A stretch of 64,000 bases of DNA. Origin: Eledone cirrhosa. Taxonomy: Eukaryota. Of the stretch, positions 37,801 through 49,623 are shown piece after piece. A model generated the notes under the pieces. It had not been told where the DNA came from. It saw nothing but the letters and a program-made list of their open reading frames with translations, and made no database searches. The stretch spans positions 71,052,001 through 71,116,000 of the forward strand of contig OZ024742.1 of assembly GCA_964016885.1 (NCBI GenBank), read 5' to 3'. Both the position numbers and the translations under genes were made by a program. Numbering within the stretch: position 1 is the stretch's first letter; each line of letters begins with the position of its first letter.

Positions 37801-40800
37801 CAAAGCAGCTCTGAATGATGTCACTGGTGTCCAAATAATTGTTTCTACTTTTGGCACAAGGCCAGCAATTATCCCAGTATATTACTGGTACTTTATTTTA
37901 TCGACCCCGTAAGGATGAAAGGCAAAGTTAACCTCAGCGGGATTTGAACTCGGACCATAAAGGGTCGTAACTCTTCGCTGCAAAGCATGGCGTCCGACCC
38001 TCTACCGATACTGCCATTAGTGTCCAAATAATGAGTGGTGAAGAATGTTGTTTGGATCATAGGCTTGTTATGGGGAAATTCAATTTCTCAATCATGCAAA
38101 AAATCAGAAAATGGGGTCTAAAATACCAAAGAAAATAAACACTGTCAGCTTCAAATTCCCTATGCTGTTAAAAAGTTTTCAAGATGAACTTATGAGCATT
38201 ACTCTCAATGAAGATAACTCTTTGTCGAGTTTCAAGTCAAGTCTATGAAGTTGCATCAAGCACTTATGGTTTCAAATCCAAGAGGGTGACTGATTGATTT
38301 GCTGATAATGATTTGGAATTGTCCAGACTTCTGTGTGAAAAACAAGAGATATTGAAGCACATTCCCCCACTCCACTATATAAATCACCCATCTTAGTCTT
38401 CCCGACCTCACGTGCTTGGTCCTCCCCACTCACATCCCTACTTTGCCCTTGTCCAACCTCTCTATCAGGGAAAGAACTCTCAGTGTGTGCTGCCAGGTGT
38501 AACTCTCATCAGCCATGTTACCAAACATTAATTCTACCCCTTCATCTACGACTGGGATCACTGTCTCTCAGCAAGCAGCACGTAGCTTCTTCACACATGC
38601 TCACCTACACACCACCCCAACCCTGCAATCTGTAAAGTAATAGTGTTGGTGCCATGATAAAATATACCCAGTACACTCTGTGAAGTGGTAGTGGTGATAC
38701 CATGATAAAATGTACATAGTACACTCTGTAAAGTGGTAATGTTGGTGCCATGATAAGACATACCCAGTAGATGCTGGAAAGTGGTTGGTGCTAGGAAGGG
38801 CATCCAGCTGTTGAAACCATGCCAAAATAGAACATGTGGTCAAGATATAGTAACCTGACCTGTCTAATCTCAGATGTGACAACCTGTCTAACCAATGCAA
38901 ATATGGAAGATAGACATTAAATAATGAGAAGGAGGATTTCTTTAAATTTTGCAATATATATCTAAAACTATATTCTGAAATACCATTGAGTCTATAATCT
39001 GTTTTGTTAATGTCTTTTCAGAGAGATTCGCAGTAAATTGAAAGAAGATATTGAAAACTTCCAGGAGAAGTATCCTAAGTTTTTACCCTGTTTGGTCATA
39101 GTTCAGGTAAGAATTCTTTCTTATTCGTTTTTTTTACCATATTTCTAATAAAAGACATTGTCTATGAATTTCAAATAATTTTGAAAATATTCAAGGATTT
39201 AGAGGGATTTAATATAACTGACTTTCTCATTTTTAAGTTGGTATTTGGAACATAACTTAAGAAAGGTTCTTACATAAAATTATGATGGAAGATTTTTAGA
39301 TAAGTATAAATATTTTAAAACAGATTTGTATTATAGTACCAAGAGTAGTTTGGTATTGAAAGAGTTAAAGCTAATGAGTAATCCTTATTAAATTATGTGT
39401 TTATTGAAAGAGATAAGCTAAATTGGTTAGATGCTGTATTGAGTGTTATATTTACTGAGGTAAGGGCAGTGCTCATAACACTTTTTATGGCCTCCAAAAC
39501 TGGTGTGTGTGTGAAGGTACTCCAGGGCCAAGTGGTGGTGTTAAACTAGGTGACAGATTAAGTCTACCACCCAAGCACACTATAGCTGGATTTGAACTCA
39601 GACTGCAAAGAGCCAGAAAAGCACAAAGCATTTTGTGACGTAATGAAAAGGTTCAGTAATTACAGAAATTCCATCATTAATGGAAGATGTTATTTAGATT
39701 ATGAGCAGGTTGTCGTTGGGTGTGGTAGGGTAATGAGGGATATTTGTTTAGTCTTTATTTGATGCCTCTTATTCCTTTTCTTCATTACGTCACTCTCATT
39801 TGATTTCTACTAATGAAGTAATTAATTATGTCATTAGGTTGGAGATCGGGAAGATTCTAATGTTTATATTAGAATGAAAGTAAAGAACTCAGCTGATATT
39901 GGAATGAAAGCAGAGCATGTAAAATTACCAAGGTCTTCAACTCAAGCTGATGTAAGTATGATATCAGTGTTTTCTTCTAGTTGTTGTTATAGCTTGTACC
40001 TGCAATTCCACTTTTCTACTGCCCTGCTTTCCTATATTGGGAAAGTGTTGGAGGTGCAGGAAAGGTGAGTCAATCAAGGTTCATCCTAAATTTCCATGCT
40101 AGCATGGACTAAGTGAAGAAGTCGGGGAGTATACTAGCAGGCAAGAACTTGACATTTGTTTCATCTCTGCGTCTTTAGGTTTAGAGTGGAGCAGCTGAGC
40201 TTGCCAAGATTTGAACTTAAATTGTCGAGAGCTGGATCAAATAACACAAGTTTCTTTATTACAGTGAATTATGAGAGTTAAAATTATTTGCATTAATAGG
40301 TCCAACCCTTGCTAGCAGGGAAAATGGACGTTAAATGTTGATGGTGATGAGAATATGTTATGACTGTATGAAGTTAAACAGCAATAAATATTTTATTGAC
40401 TGTTATTTACAATGTACCATATATTTTGTATTTTAAGTGGACAAGTCACATGCTTGTTTTTTGTGTTGTATTTTCATGGGAAAATGAGTTATACACAAGT
40501 ATATATATACTGTAAAAGGTGTGATTTATACACAAGTGTATATACTCTGAAAGGTATGGTTTATACACAAATACATACACTCTGAAAGATGTCATTTATA
40601 CACAAATATATATATACTGTAATAGGTTTATACACCAGTAGATATACTCTGAAAGGTGTGATTTATAGACAAAAACATATACTCTGAAAGATGTCATTCA
40701 TACAAAACTATAAATCATTACTGTGAAAATGTTGCCTTAAAGCAAATAAACTGGGATCCTATTTAAAGTCAGGTTTATTTGTCATCCACTTTATGGCATG

Positions 40801-43800
40801 AAACTGCAGCTAAGCACTTCCCCATCTCTATCAATGGGTGTTCATACGTAGATGAAAACCTAGGTGTGTCTGTATGATATAATGCAATATTTTTGAGGAG
40901 TGTATGTAGATAGATGAAAGCCCAGGTATGTCTGATATAATGTTATATTTCAGATGTGAGCTGTTCTTGTTGCAACTTTATATTCTTACTCATCTACAAA
41001 AGCTCTAGCTTTGTAATTCAATAGTTATTCAGTGTTTCTATTTCTATTTTAAGATATCCTTCCACATTCATTTCCATCACTTCTCTCACCTAGTTACTTT
41101 CATCCTTCCTCAACACATGATCTAACCATCTCATTTCATTTCTCTTCACAACATTCATCACTGACTTTATACCTCTCACCCAGTCACTTTCACCCTTCAA
41201 CACATGACCCAATCATTTTATTTCATTTTTCTTCACAACATTCATCACTGACTCTATTTCCATCACTTCTCACACTTACATTCCTCCAGCCCAACTTTGA
41301 AATATTTCAAGTTATTATTTTTCTGTTTTATTTCAGGTGTTGTCAACAGTGAACAGACTCAATAATGACATCACTGTTCATGGTATTATTGTTCAGGTAT
41401 ATTATTTACATTTCTTTTAACTATGTCAAAGTAGTAGTGCTTGTGCCACAATAAAATGCATCCAGTACACTCTGTAATATGTTGATAATATATTATAATA
41501 CACCCAATACACTCTTCAAAGTGGCTGGTGTTAGGAAGAGCATTCATCTGTAAAAATAGGGCCAAAAATGAAATTATGAGCAAGATAAGGTCCTCCTCCC
41601 CATCCCATTCTGATGTGTCTTGTCTTAGAGTGTGACAACCCGGTCAAACCTATGCAAGCATGGAAAGCAGACATGAAATGATGATGATGACTATCCATGC
41701 TGGCATGGGTTGGACAAGGCTTTTTTAAAGTAGTATTCTATCACCAGATGCCTTTCATGGTGTTAAACTACATTGGTTTTAACAGCCTGACGTGATAAGT
41801 GGACTGTGGCACTGCTGACCACAAATTTCAGTCCCAATGATTTAACAAGTGTCCAGCGAAAACAAAAGACTGGGGAACACTACATTGTACAGGGCAATAA
41901 AAGATTACACGGAGCAAATAAATGGAATGGACCATGCAGACCAGTTGAGAGCCAGCTACTGCATTGGTAAGAAGTCAAATGAATGGTGGAAATATTTGTT
42001 TTATTTTGTTGTTGATGTGGCTATATGTTCGACATTTGTGTTGAAAGAATCCCCAAACCATAAACTCCTGACTAGAAAAGGCAAGGAAAAATGTACCCAG
42101 TTGGGTTTCAGAATGAATTGGCCCACCAACTTATTGGGGACTATTCCTATAAAAGGAAAATGGCCCTGGAAGAAATTCCCCAATTTCAGGATGCCACACA
42201 CTGACTTAGAGAAGAAGAAAACTTACAAGCAATGTTCCAAACAAAATATTAGAAGGGACCCAAAAACAGGCTGAGAGCAATGCAAGGTAAATCTCTGTAT
42301 TAACTGTTTCAAGCCCTATCATCTGGAATATTTCCCTTAAATGTATATATGAGGGCGTGTAGGTGTCACAACAAAAAACCACAGTCCACGCTGTAATGTG
42401 GCCATGTAGGTAACACGGTAAAAACCTCCCAGTCCACACTGTAAACGTGGTTGGTGTTAGGAACGGCATCCAGCCATAGAAAACCCGCCAGACAGTCCTA
42501 TACGAGCAAGACAACCAATCTTGCCTCAAGTGGGAAAATTCCCGTCCAAACCCATGCTAGCGTGGAAGATGGACGTTAAACGTTGATGATGTTGATACTT
42601 ACAGAAAATAATTTTTTTTTTCATGTTTTTGCTTACATTTTATTATATTAAATTGTTTATTTTATTTAATAATCTAATTATAATGACATTTTTTACAATA
42701 TCTTTTATAAAATTCAGTTTCAAATCTTCACTAAAAATGTCATGCTTTTATTTTAATAAGTGTATGGTCATTTTCACTATTTAGCTTAGGGAGGTAGTGT
42801 CAAATACTAAGGGAAATAATAATTGTTTCTACGTTTGGCACAAGGCCAGCAATACTGGTACTTTATTTTATCGACCCCTCGGCGGGATTTGAACTCAGAA
42901 TGGCAAGGACCGTAACTCTATACGTCAAAGCATGGCGTCCGGCCCTCTACCAATACTGCCATATGACTATAAGAGCCACAAGGGAAAAAGAAGTTATGAT
43001 ATTAATTCCACTGATCTACAGACTCTCACACACACACATGTGTATATGGAGTATTTTGAGAAAAAATTCCAAATATGGAAACAAAACCTAGAATTGAAAG
43101 GTCTAGGGAGTAAACTTAAGAAAGAAGACTGGATCATGCTACCATCAGTAAAATGGCAGTACTCAATTTGCAGAAAAGGAGTAGGTAGAAATTCCATACT
43201 TTACCTTCGGTGTCAACTTTGAGTACATAAGAGATGTAGCAGAATCACAGGCAAACTAACAGAAAAAACAGATTTTGTGTATATCAGATACACAGTGATT
43301 GTTAGTAGTAAAAGCACTTGTGAAATAAATTCTTTCAAATCAAAGGAATGGTCTGTGGCTAAATGAGCAAATAGTGGTGGATGAAAGTGCCCCCAAAGCA
43401 TAGTTGGTGGAAAAAATTCAGGGAACAACAAAGGGATTCTCTCTCCAAATGAAGGGTAGATTATATGATGCCTGTGTATGAAGTGTGATGTTAAATGGTT
43501 GTGTAACACGGGCATTGAATGCAGAAGATATAGGAAGATTACATACTCCACTGGATGTGTAACAGTCTACATAAATGATGATACACAGATGAATTGAAGG
43601 AAAAACTGGGCAAAAGGGGCATCATGTTATGTGCAAGGGTGATTGTACTGGTACTGGTGTGGATATGTCATGCCTATAGATATTGATAGTTAAGTGAAGA
43701 CATACCAGGAGTTCCAATAGGAAAGAGGCAGATGTGGTGAGAGCTGATAAAGGAAAGCTGTACTGAAGAAGACTCCTTGAAGCATGAAAAATTCTCAAGG

Positions 43801-46800
43801 CATTGGTCATCTTGAAGCTGTAGATGACATTTACGAAAATGCTGCACATAAAGGGTGTAAGATTGTCTAATTAAAACGTTTCAAATATTTTATTTTCATT
43901 TATTCTTTTGATGAAATCATTTGTGATATAGATGTAAATTAAACTATATTTTCTCTTACTTTCCCCAACTGCCTTTCTAGTTACCAATGGAATCTGATAA
44001 CGAAATTGATGCTCATATTGTCACCAATTCTATATTTCCTTCCAAAGATGTTGATGGGTAATGTCTATTTTTACATAAAACTTGAGGTTTGCCTAACTTG
44101 ATTGTTACAAGTATGTGTGTGTGTATGTTATAGAGGTGTGTACCATCATCATCATCACCTGTTTTTTATGCTTGCATGGTTTAGACGGACTGTCATGTTA
44201 TGAGACCAGATAAGTCAGATGACCATGTTTTGCTTATATGCTCCAATTTTACTAGGTTTAATGCGGCTGGAGGTCCTTAATGCCAACCACCTTACTCATG
44301 GGTTTTGTCATGACACCAGAAAAATCATCTTACATGTATATAATTACTTGTCTTTTTTTTTTGTATAATTTAGATTCTTGGTATACTACATCAAGTATGC
44401 CAGCATCTACTTTATTAACATACAGCAGTGTATGTCTCAATTTATATATAGTGAGATATATATCATCCTTCTGTAAAGTGGTAGTGTTATGCCACAGTAA
44501 AATACTCCAAGTACACTCTGAGAAGTGATTGATCTTGGGAAGGACATCCAACCATAGAAACCAAGTTAAAAGTGGAACATATGAGCAAAATGTAGTCATC
44601 TGCCCTGTATATCATCAGAACAGGAGAGCCTGTCTAACCAGTGCAAACATGGAGAACGTGTAATGGTAATGTGTGTGTATTTGTATAAATGTCATTACAT
44701 TGTTACGTAACTAATAATCCATGTTATAATTATAAAATGATGGGGAATATTTTGTTTGTTGAAACATGTCTTATGTGTCTGTATTATACACATATTCTAA
44801 CTTAGAATTTATATATCTCTCAGTTTACATACAGAGAATGCTGGAAAGTTAGCTGTTGGTGACCTCAATAATTGTATAATTCCCTGCACTCCACGTGGTT
44901 GTTTGGAACTAATAAAAAAATCAGGTATGAATTTTAATGTTTAATTCCATTCCTGGAAAGGCATCCAGCTGTTGAAAACATGCTAAAATATACAACATAT
45001 AAGGAAGACGTGGTTTTCCAACCTGTCTACTCATGGTCTATGATTTCATGTCCAGCCAATGCCAGTTTGGAAAGTGGATGTTGAATGATGTTGGTGATGA
45101 TTACATCACATTCCTTATATTTTCTACACAACCTACCATCTACTACCAACATGAGGCTACTATTGTCTTTCTCGGACCCCTACGATCATCATCATCATCA
45201 TCATCGTTTAACGTCCGTGTTCCATGCTTGCATGGGTTTGGACGGGAGTTTTCCCACTTGAGGCAAGAGTGGTTGTCTTGCTCACATAGGACTGTGTGGC
45301 GGGTTTTCTACAGTTGGATGCCCTTCCTAACACCAACCACATTTACAGTGTGGGGCTGGGAGGTTTTTACTGTGTTGCCTACACGGCCACATTACAGCGT
45401 GGACTGTCTGGCAGGTTTTCTACAGCTGGATGCCCTTCCTAACACCAACCACATTTACAGTGTGGGACTGGGACGTTTTTACCGTGTTGCCTACACGGTC
45501 ACATTACAGCGTGGACTGTGTGTTTTTTTTTTTGTCGTGACACCTACACGATCTCATTTGTTTCGGCCTGGATTTTCTGGCACCAACATAACTTTACATT
45601 GAAAGGGGCGGTGTGGATGGGGTGGGGGTGTATTTTGTTAGAGATGCCTACTGACTGTAGTAGGTTTTACTTTGTATTTAGGTAACGCGGGTCTTCTCTA
45701 TTACTGAGTACCGCCAAAGCTCTCGGTCCAGTGACATTGTCTTGGAGAGGTGTAAGTGTGTGAGGTCGGAATTTATCAGCTCGTCCCAGGTTTTTCTGGG
45801 TCTGCCTACTCCGTGGCTACCGTCTATCTTTATTGCCCTGCACTTTGATCATATTACTCTATTTTTCCTTTCACACTTATATTTATACTCTATCGTATTT
45901 TAATCTTAGCTCTCACTCTCTTTCTTATATCCTTCTCAGTTATGTTTGCTTTGAATGAAAGACATGGAGTGGCAAGGTGTCATGGCCTTGCAGTGGACAG
46001 GGCAACCGTTCTAGTGCTGGTGTCATGATAAAATGCAACCAGTACACTATGTCAACTAGTTGACAGCCAAATGGAAACAATGTAGAGTAGAGAGGACTCC
46101 AATGTTGGTGAGAACTTGACAACCTCTAGTGTTGGTGGCATGATAAAATATATCCAATGGCTTGTACCTCAACTGTTTACTAAGGACAGAAGAGCAATAA
46201 TTAATAAGTTACCCAAATTCCTACTGACTTGACAGGCTACAATGTACACTATACTTAAATCATTTCACTGCACAGTACCCAACTGCAGAAGGCTGTTGTG
46301 TATATACTAATATATAAGCTGATCCCCTATTTTATGTCTGAGAAATAGGTAAAAATCTAAACCCCATGTATAAGCAGAGGTAGCTAATCAACACGTTTAG
46401 ATGTGGCCGTTTTTGGAAAATTTTGATATCTAAAATATTTTAAGTGTCATTTAGAGTATAATTTTTGTTTCACAACTCCCTTACTGAATGATTTTTTTAC
46501 CAATTTCTGACCATTTTGAAGGCTATATTCATTCAAAATACAGAAAAACAATAGGAAAAACAAATTTCATCTCCAAAGTGAAACTGGTGTAATATTTGCC
46601 TCCAAAGCAAACCCTCCATTCCGTTACACTTCTTTTCGACACATATTTCTTGGCTTATACAAATATACAGTATATCATCACTGAAATCAACAGGATATGG
46701 AATGTGAAGACAGAAATACTCTCAATAGTCATCAGAACTCAAGGACTCATGAGGAAGGAATTTGAAAAGTTCACCAACATTATCTACACAGTTCAGAAGA

Positions 46801-49623
46801 TCAACCTACTGGGAACAGACTATGGAATAACATAGAACCTGGCTCTACAGGATTTAATAATAACTCTTGTAGTACTGGTACCACAATAAAATACATCCAG
46901 TACTATAAATTGGAAGTGCTGGTACCACTATAAAATACACCCAGTACTATCTGTAAATTGGTAGTGTTGGTACCACAATAAAATACACCCAGTACTCTGT
47001 AAATTGGTAGTGCTGGTACCACAATAAAATACACCCAGTATTCTTTGTAAATTGGTAGTGCTGGCACCACAATAAAAAAAAACAGTACTATCTGTAAATT
47101 GATTGATGTTAGCAAGGGCATCCAACTGTACAAATCACCCCAAAATATAGTTATCTGACCATGTTTTGTTTCAGACCATGGCCCATGCTAACATGGAAAA
47201 CATGTAAAATGAGTATAAGTGATAAGTAAATCATATTTTCTAACTATATTTTCTGAACTTAAGATGTGTTAAATTTTTTTCCACCAGGTGTTCCCATTAG
47301 TGGTAAAACTGCTGTTGTTTTAGGTCGAAGTAAGATAGTTGGTGCTCCAATGTCCAATCTGCTGTTATGGAACCATGCTACCGTAACAGTTTGTCACTCA
47401 AGGACTGTTGATTTACCAGCTGTGGTAAGTTTCACCAGTAATTGTAGTTTTGCTTTCACATTAGACCTGACCCTCCCTCTTCCAGTAGCACTCATTAACA
47501 GCTATTCTCAACATCACCACCCTCCTTACAAACACCCATGCCTCCACCCTCATTCCTAGCCGCTGCCTCTCTGTAAAGTGGTTGATGGGAAGGACATTCA
47601 GCAGTAGAAATTTTACCAAAGAAAGGGTTGGGAGGGCCATCAGTTGTCAAAGAGATGACACCTCTGCTGTGCACTAGGTGGAACATAAGTCGAGACACAG
47701 ATAGATCCCTGGCTTGTATGGGAGATCATTTCAGTACTGACTTGGTCTATGTAGATCCATTCAACTCTTGCTGTCAGAGAAAGTGGCTGTTAAAAAGACT
47801 TGTTTATGGTATTTGTTCCAGCTGTCTGCACTCAAATGAGATGTCTTGCACTATGTATTCTGTGTTGTCAATTCAAATCTTTTTGTGGCCTACTTGATTG
47901 TTGACTTAACCATTTAAACTTGCCATATCTGGCCAAAATTCTTTCACCTCTTTCTGTTCAAACCAGTCGTATCTGGCCACTCATATCGATGTTAAGATAT
48001 AAATATCAAAATCTCACAGATTCTGTATTATGTGAGATAAAGCCTTTTCTGTGAAAATAAAATTGTAAATATGGAGTAATGTGAATGCTAAAGGGTTAAT
48101 TTGTTTGCTGTGCTTTTAACAGAGTCCACTCTACTTCAAGTATTTAGGCCATGTTTCTGGGTTTCAAATTGTTTCCTCTCCTCAGTAGACACAGATGATG
48201 GACACAATATCACAGCTATTCAGTTTGTTGATTGTATGTAATTTATATTTGTAGTAAGACCTTATGACTTTAGTGGCTTGGGGTAATCTTAGAATGCCCA
48301 CATCAAGATATTTGCAGTGATAATGGCAAACGATGTGTGAAGTCTGGAAAGAAATTGAGTGAGCATGTTCCATTGGATGTGCAACATTAATATACGTGAA
48401 TGATGAAGCTCACTGAGTTGAAAGAAAACCTGATTATAACTTATTTCATTGGTCACAGGATGAAAAGCTATTTATGTTAGTTTCAGCAATGAGTCTGGGC
48501 CAGATAAGTCTTTTTGTGATGGGATCCCTAAACTTCTTATGGGTATCAACTGTAACAATAACTTAAACCAGTGGCTCCGAACCTTTTTTATTGAAATTAA
48601 TTTTCCAAGACCTTCTGCTAGTTTTCCCTTCTCAAATTGTTGTGACGTTTATATTTAATGTGTATATTTTTTTTAACAATGTCCTTTTTCCAAAAACATT
48701 TAAGAGACGCCTTATGTACTTGACAAATATTTGTTGGTTGACTGTAAAAACTGTCTTTAAACATAAAAGTAGACTTTTGCTTACTAACAGAATTAAAATT
48801 ATTTTACAGGTAAAAACAGCTGACATACTTGTGGTTGCAATAGGAAGACAAGAATTTGTCAAGTCAGATTGGATCAAACCTGGAGCAGTTGTTATTGATT
48901 GCGGGATAAATTCTATTACAGGTTTGTGAATTGTCTTCATATTCATTTCAGTTGCTATGACAAAGTGGGGACAGGTTGATGTCAGCCTAAAGAGGATTTT
49001 ATTCTATCGTACAGAGATATTGGATAAGAATACTGGTGAAATGATGTATATAGGAATTAATGTGGCTACTGTAAAAAAAAAAAGTATTTCACTATTGATG
49101 AAGGGAGATAACACACTACTTTTGTTTATACCTAGATATGTAAACCGTTAAATAGGGGCCTGTCTGCATGTACTTATAAAAGAAACTGCCTTGCAAGTAT
49201 TGTTGTATGATTAAGTAGCTTACAATTACACCTTGAGTGAATGTCTCTTCTCTTTATACCCTCTAGCAGACAGTGATATTTCTTTACTTACATCACTGGC
49301 AATGTGTTAGCACCTGAAAAAAAGTTCTAAGTTTCTTTTTTTGGTGGTAAGGGGACAGTCGACCATGCACACAAGTCTCCTCTTTCCACCTAACTGTAGT
49401 TCAAAGGACCCAATTGATAATGCCAGTATTGATATATTTTACAGATGAGACAAAGAAAAGTGGAAAGAGACTGGTTGGTGATGTTGATTTTAAGGAAGCT
49501 AAAGAAGTTGCCTCTTGGATTACCCCAGTTCCTGGAGGTGTTGGCCCTATGACTGTTGCTATGTTACTTCAGAACACAGTAGAAAGTGCCAAAAAGTTTG
49601 CCCCTGAACAGTTTGATTCCTGA
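33107..49623 (+). CDS. MTHFD1: Methylenetetrahydrofolate dehydrogenase/cyclohydrolase (MTHFD1 N-terminal, FolD-like domain only; 299 aa)
   Basis: Exons 33107-33141, 39022-39106, 39838-39951, 41337-41396, 43981-44057, 44824-44924, 47288-47424, 48810-48921 and 49445-49623 sum to 900 nt, all GT-AG and in phase. Motifs: [103 protein letters not shown] at 49621-49623; AATAAA near 49745. Confidence 0.92.
33328..33573. repeat. Near-perfect palindrome (119-bp arms, 8-nt loop)
   Basis: 33328-33446 is the reverse complement of 33455-33573 with about 5 mismatches. (TA)n arrays lie on both sides. Confidence 0.95.
35120..35600 (+). mobile_element. Degenerate LINE (RTE-like) 3' ORF fragment
   Basis: [22 protein letters not shown]...DRTLWRR is the typical C-terminus of RTE-type ORFs. 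Confidence 0.6.
35955..36420 (+). mobile_element. RTE 3' end and tail ending in (GAT)n
   Basis: Matches 60630-61150 and is near-identical, in inverted orientation, to 45185-45780. Confidence 0.8.
36530..38350 (+). mobile_element. Degenerate RTE LINE 5' part (5'UTR and APE endonuclease) with nested SINE and tail insertions
   Basis: 5'UTR-like CTAGGAGAAGGAGAACTC, then [40 protein letters not shown] and GTGKCNKNG motifs of the APE domain in broken frames. A SINE is inserted at 37840-38019 with TSD GTGTCCAAATAAT. Confidence 0.8.
40488..40710. repeat. Minisatellite, about 33-35 bp unit, about 6 copies
   Basis: Tandem TTATACACAAGTATATATACTCTGAAAGGTGTGAT variants. Confidence 0.8.
41849..42274 (+). 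mobile_element. piggyBac transposase (PGBD4-like) C-terminal remnant
   Basis: [50 protein letters not shown] matches the piggyBac YN..MGGVD..DQ...Y......KWW..LF...D...NA motif. Confidence 0.75.
45185..45845 (-). mobile_element. RTE 3' end and tail
   Basis: Starts with (TCA)n and is the reverse complement of the 35955-36420 and 60560-61150 copies, with an extra internal repeat unit. Confidence 0.8.
46868..47130 (+). repeat. Tandem array of about 46 bp units derived from the RTE tail
   Basis: CCAGTACTCTGTAAATTGGTAGTGCTGGTACCACAATAAAATACAC repeated about 5 times, running into the GTTAGCAAGGGCATCCAACTGTA block. Confidence 0.85.

Noticed and set aside
45033-45602. 189-aa ORF, and similar ORFs at 36129-36485, 36687-36944 and 42206-42529
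   Set aside because: They are antisense translations of the repeated RTE 3' tail, not genes.
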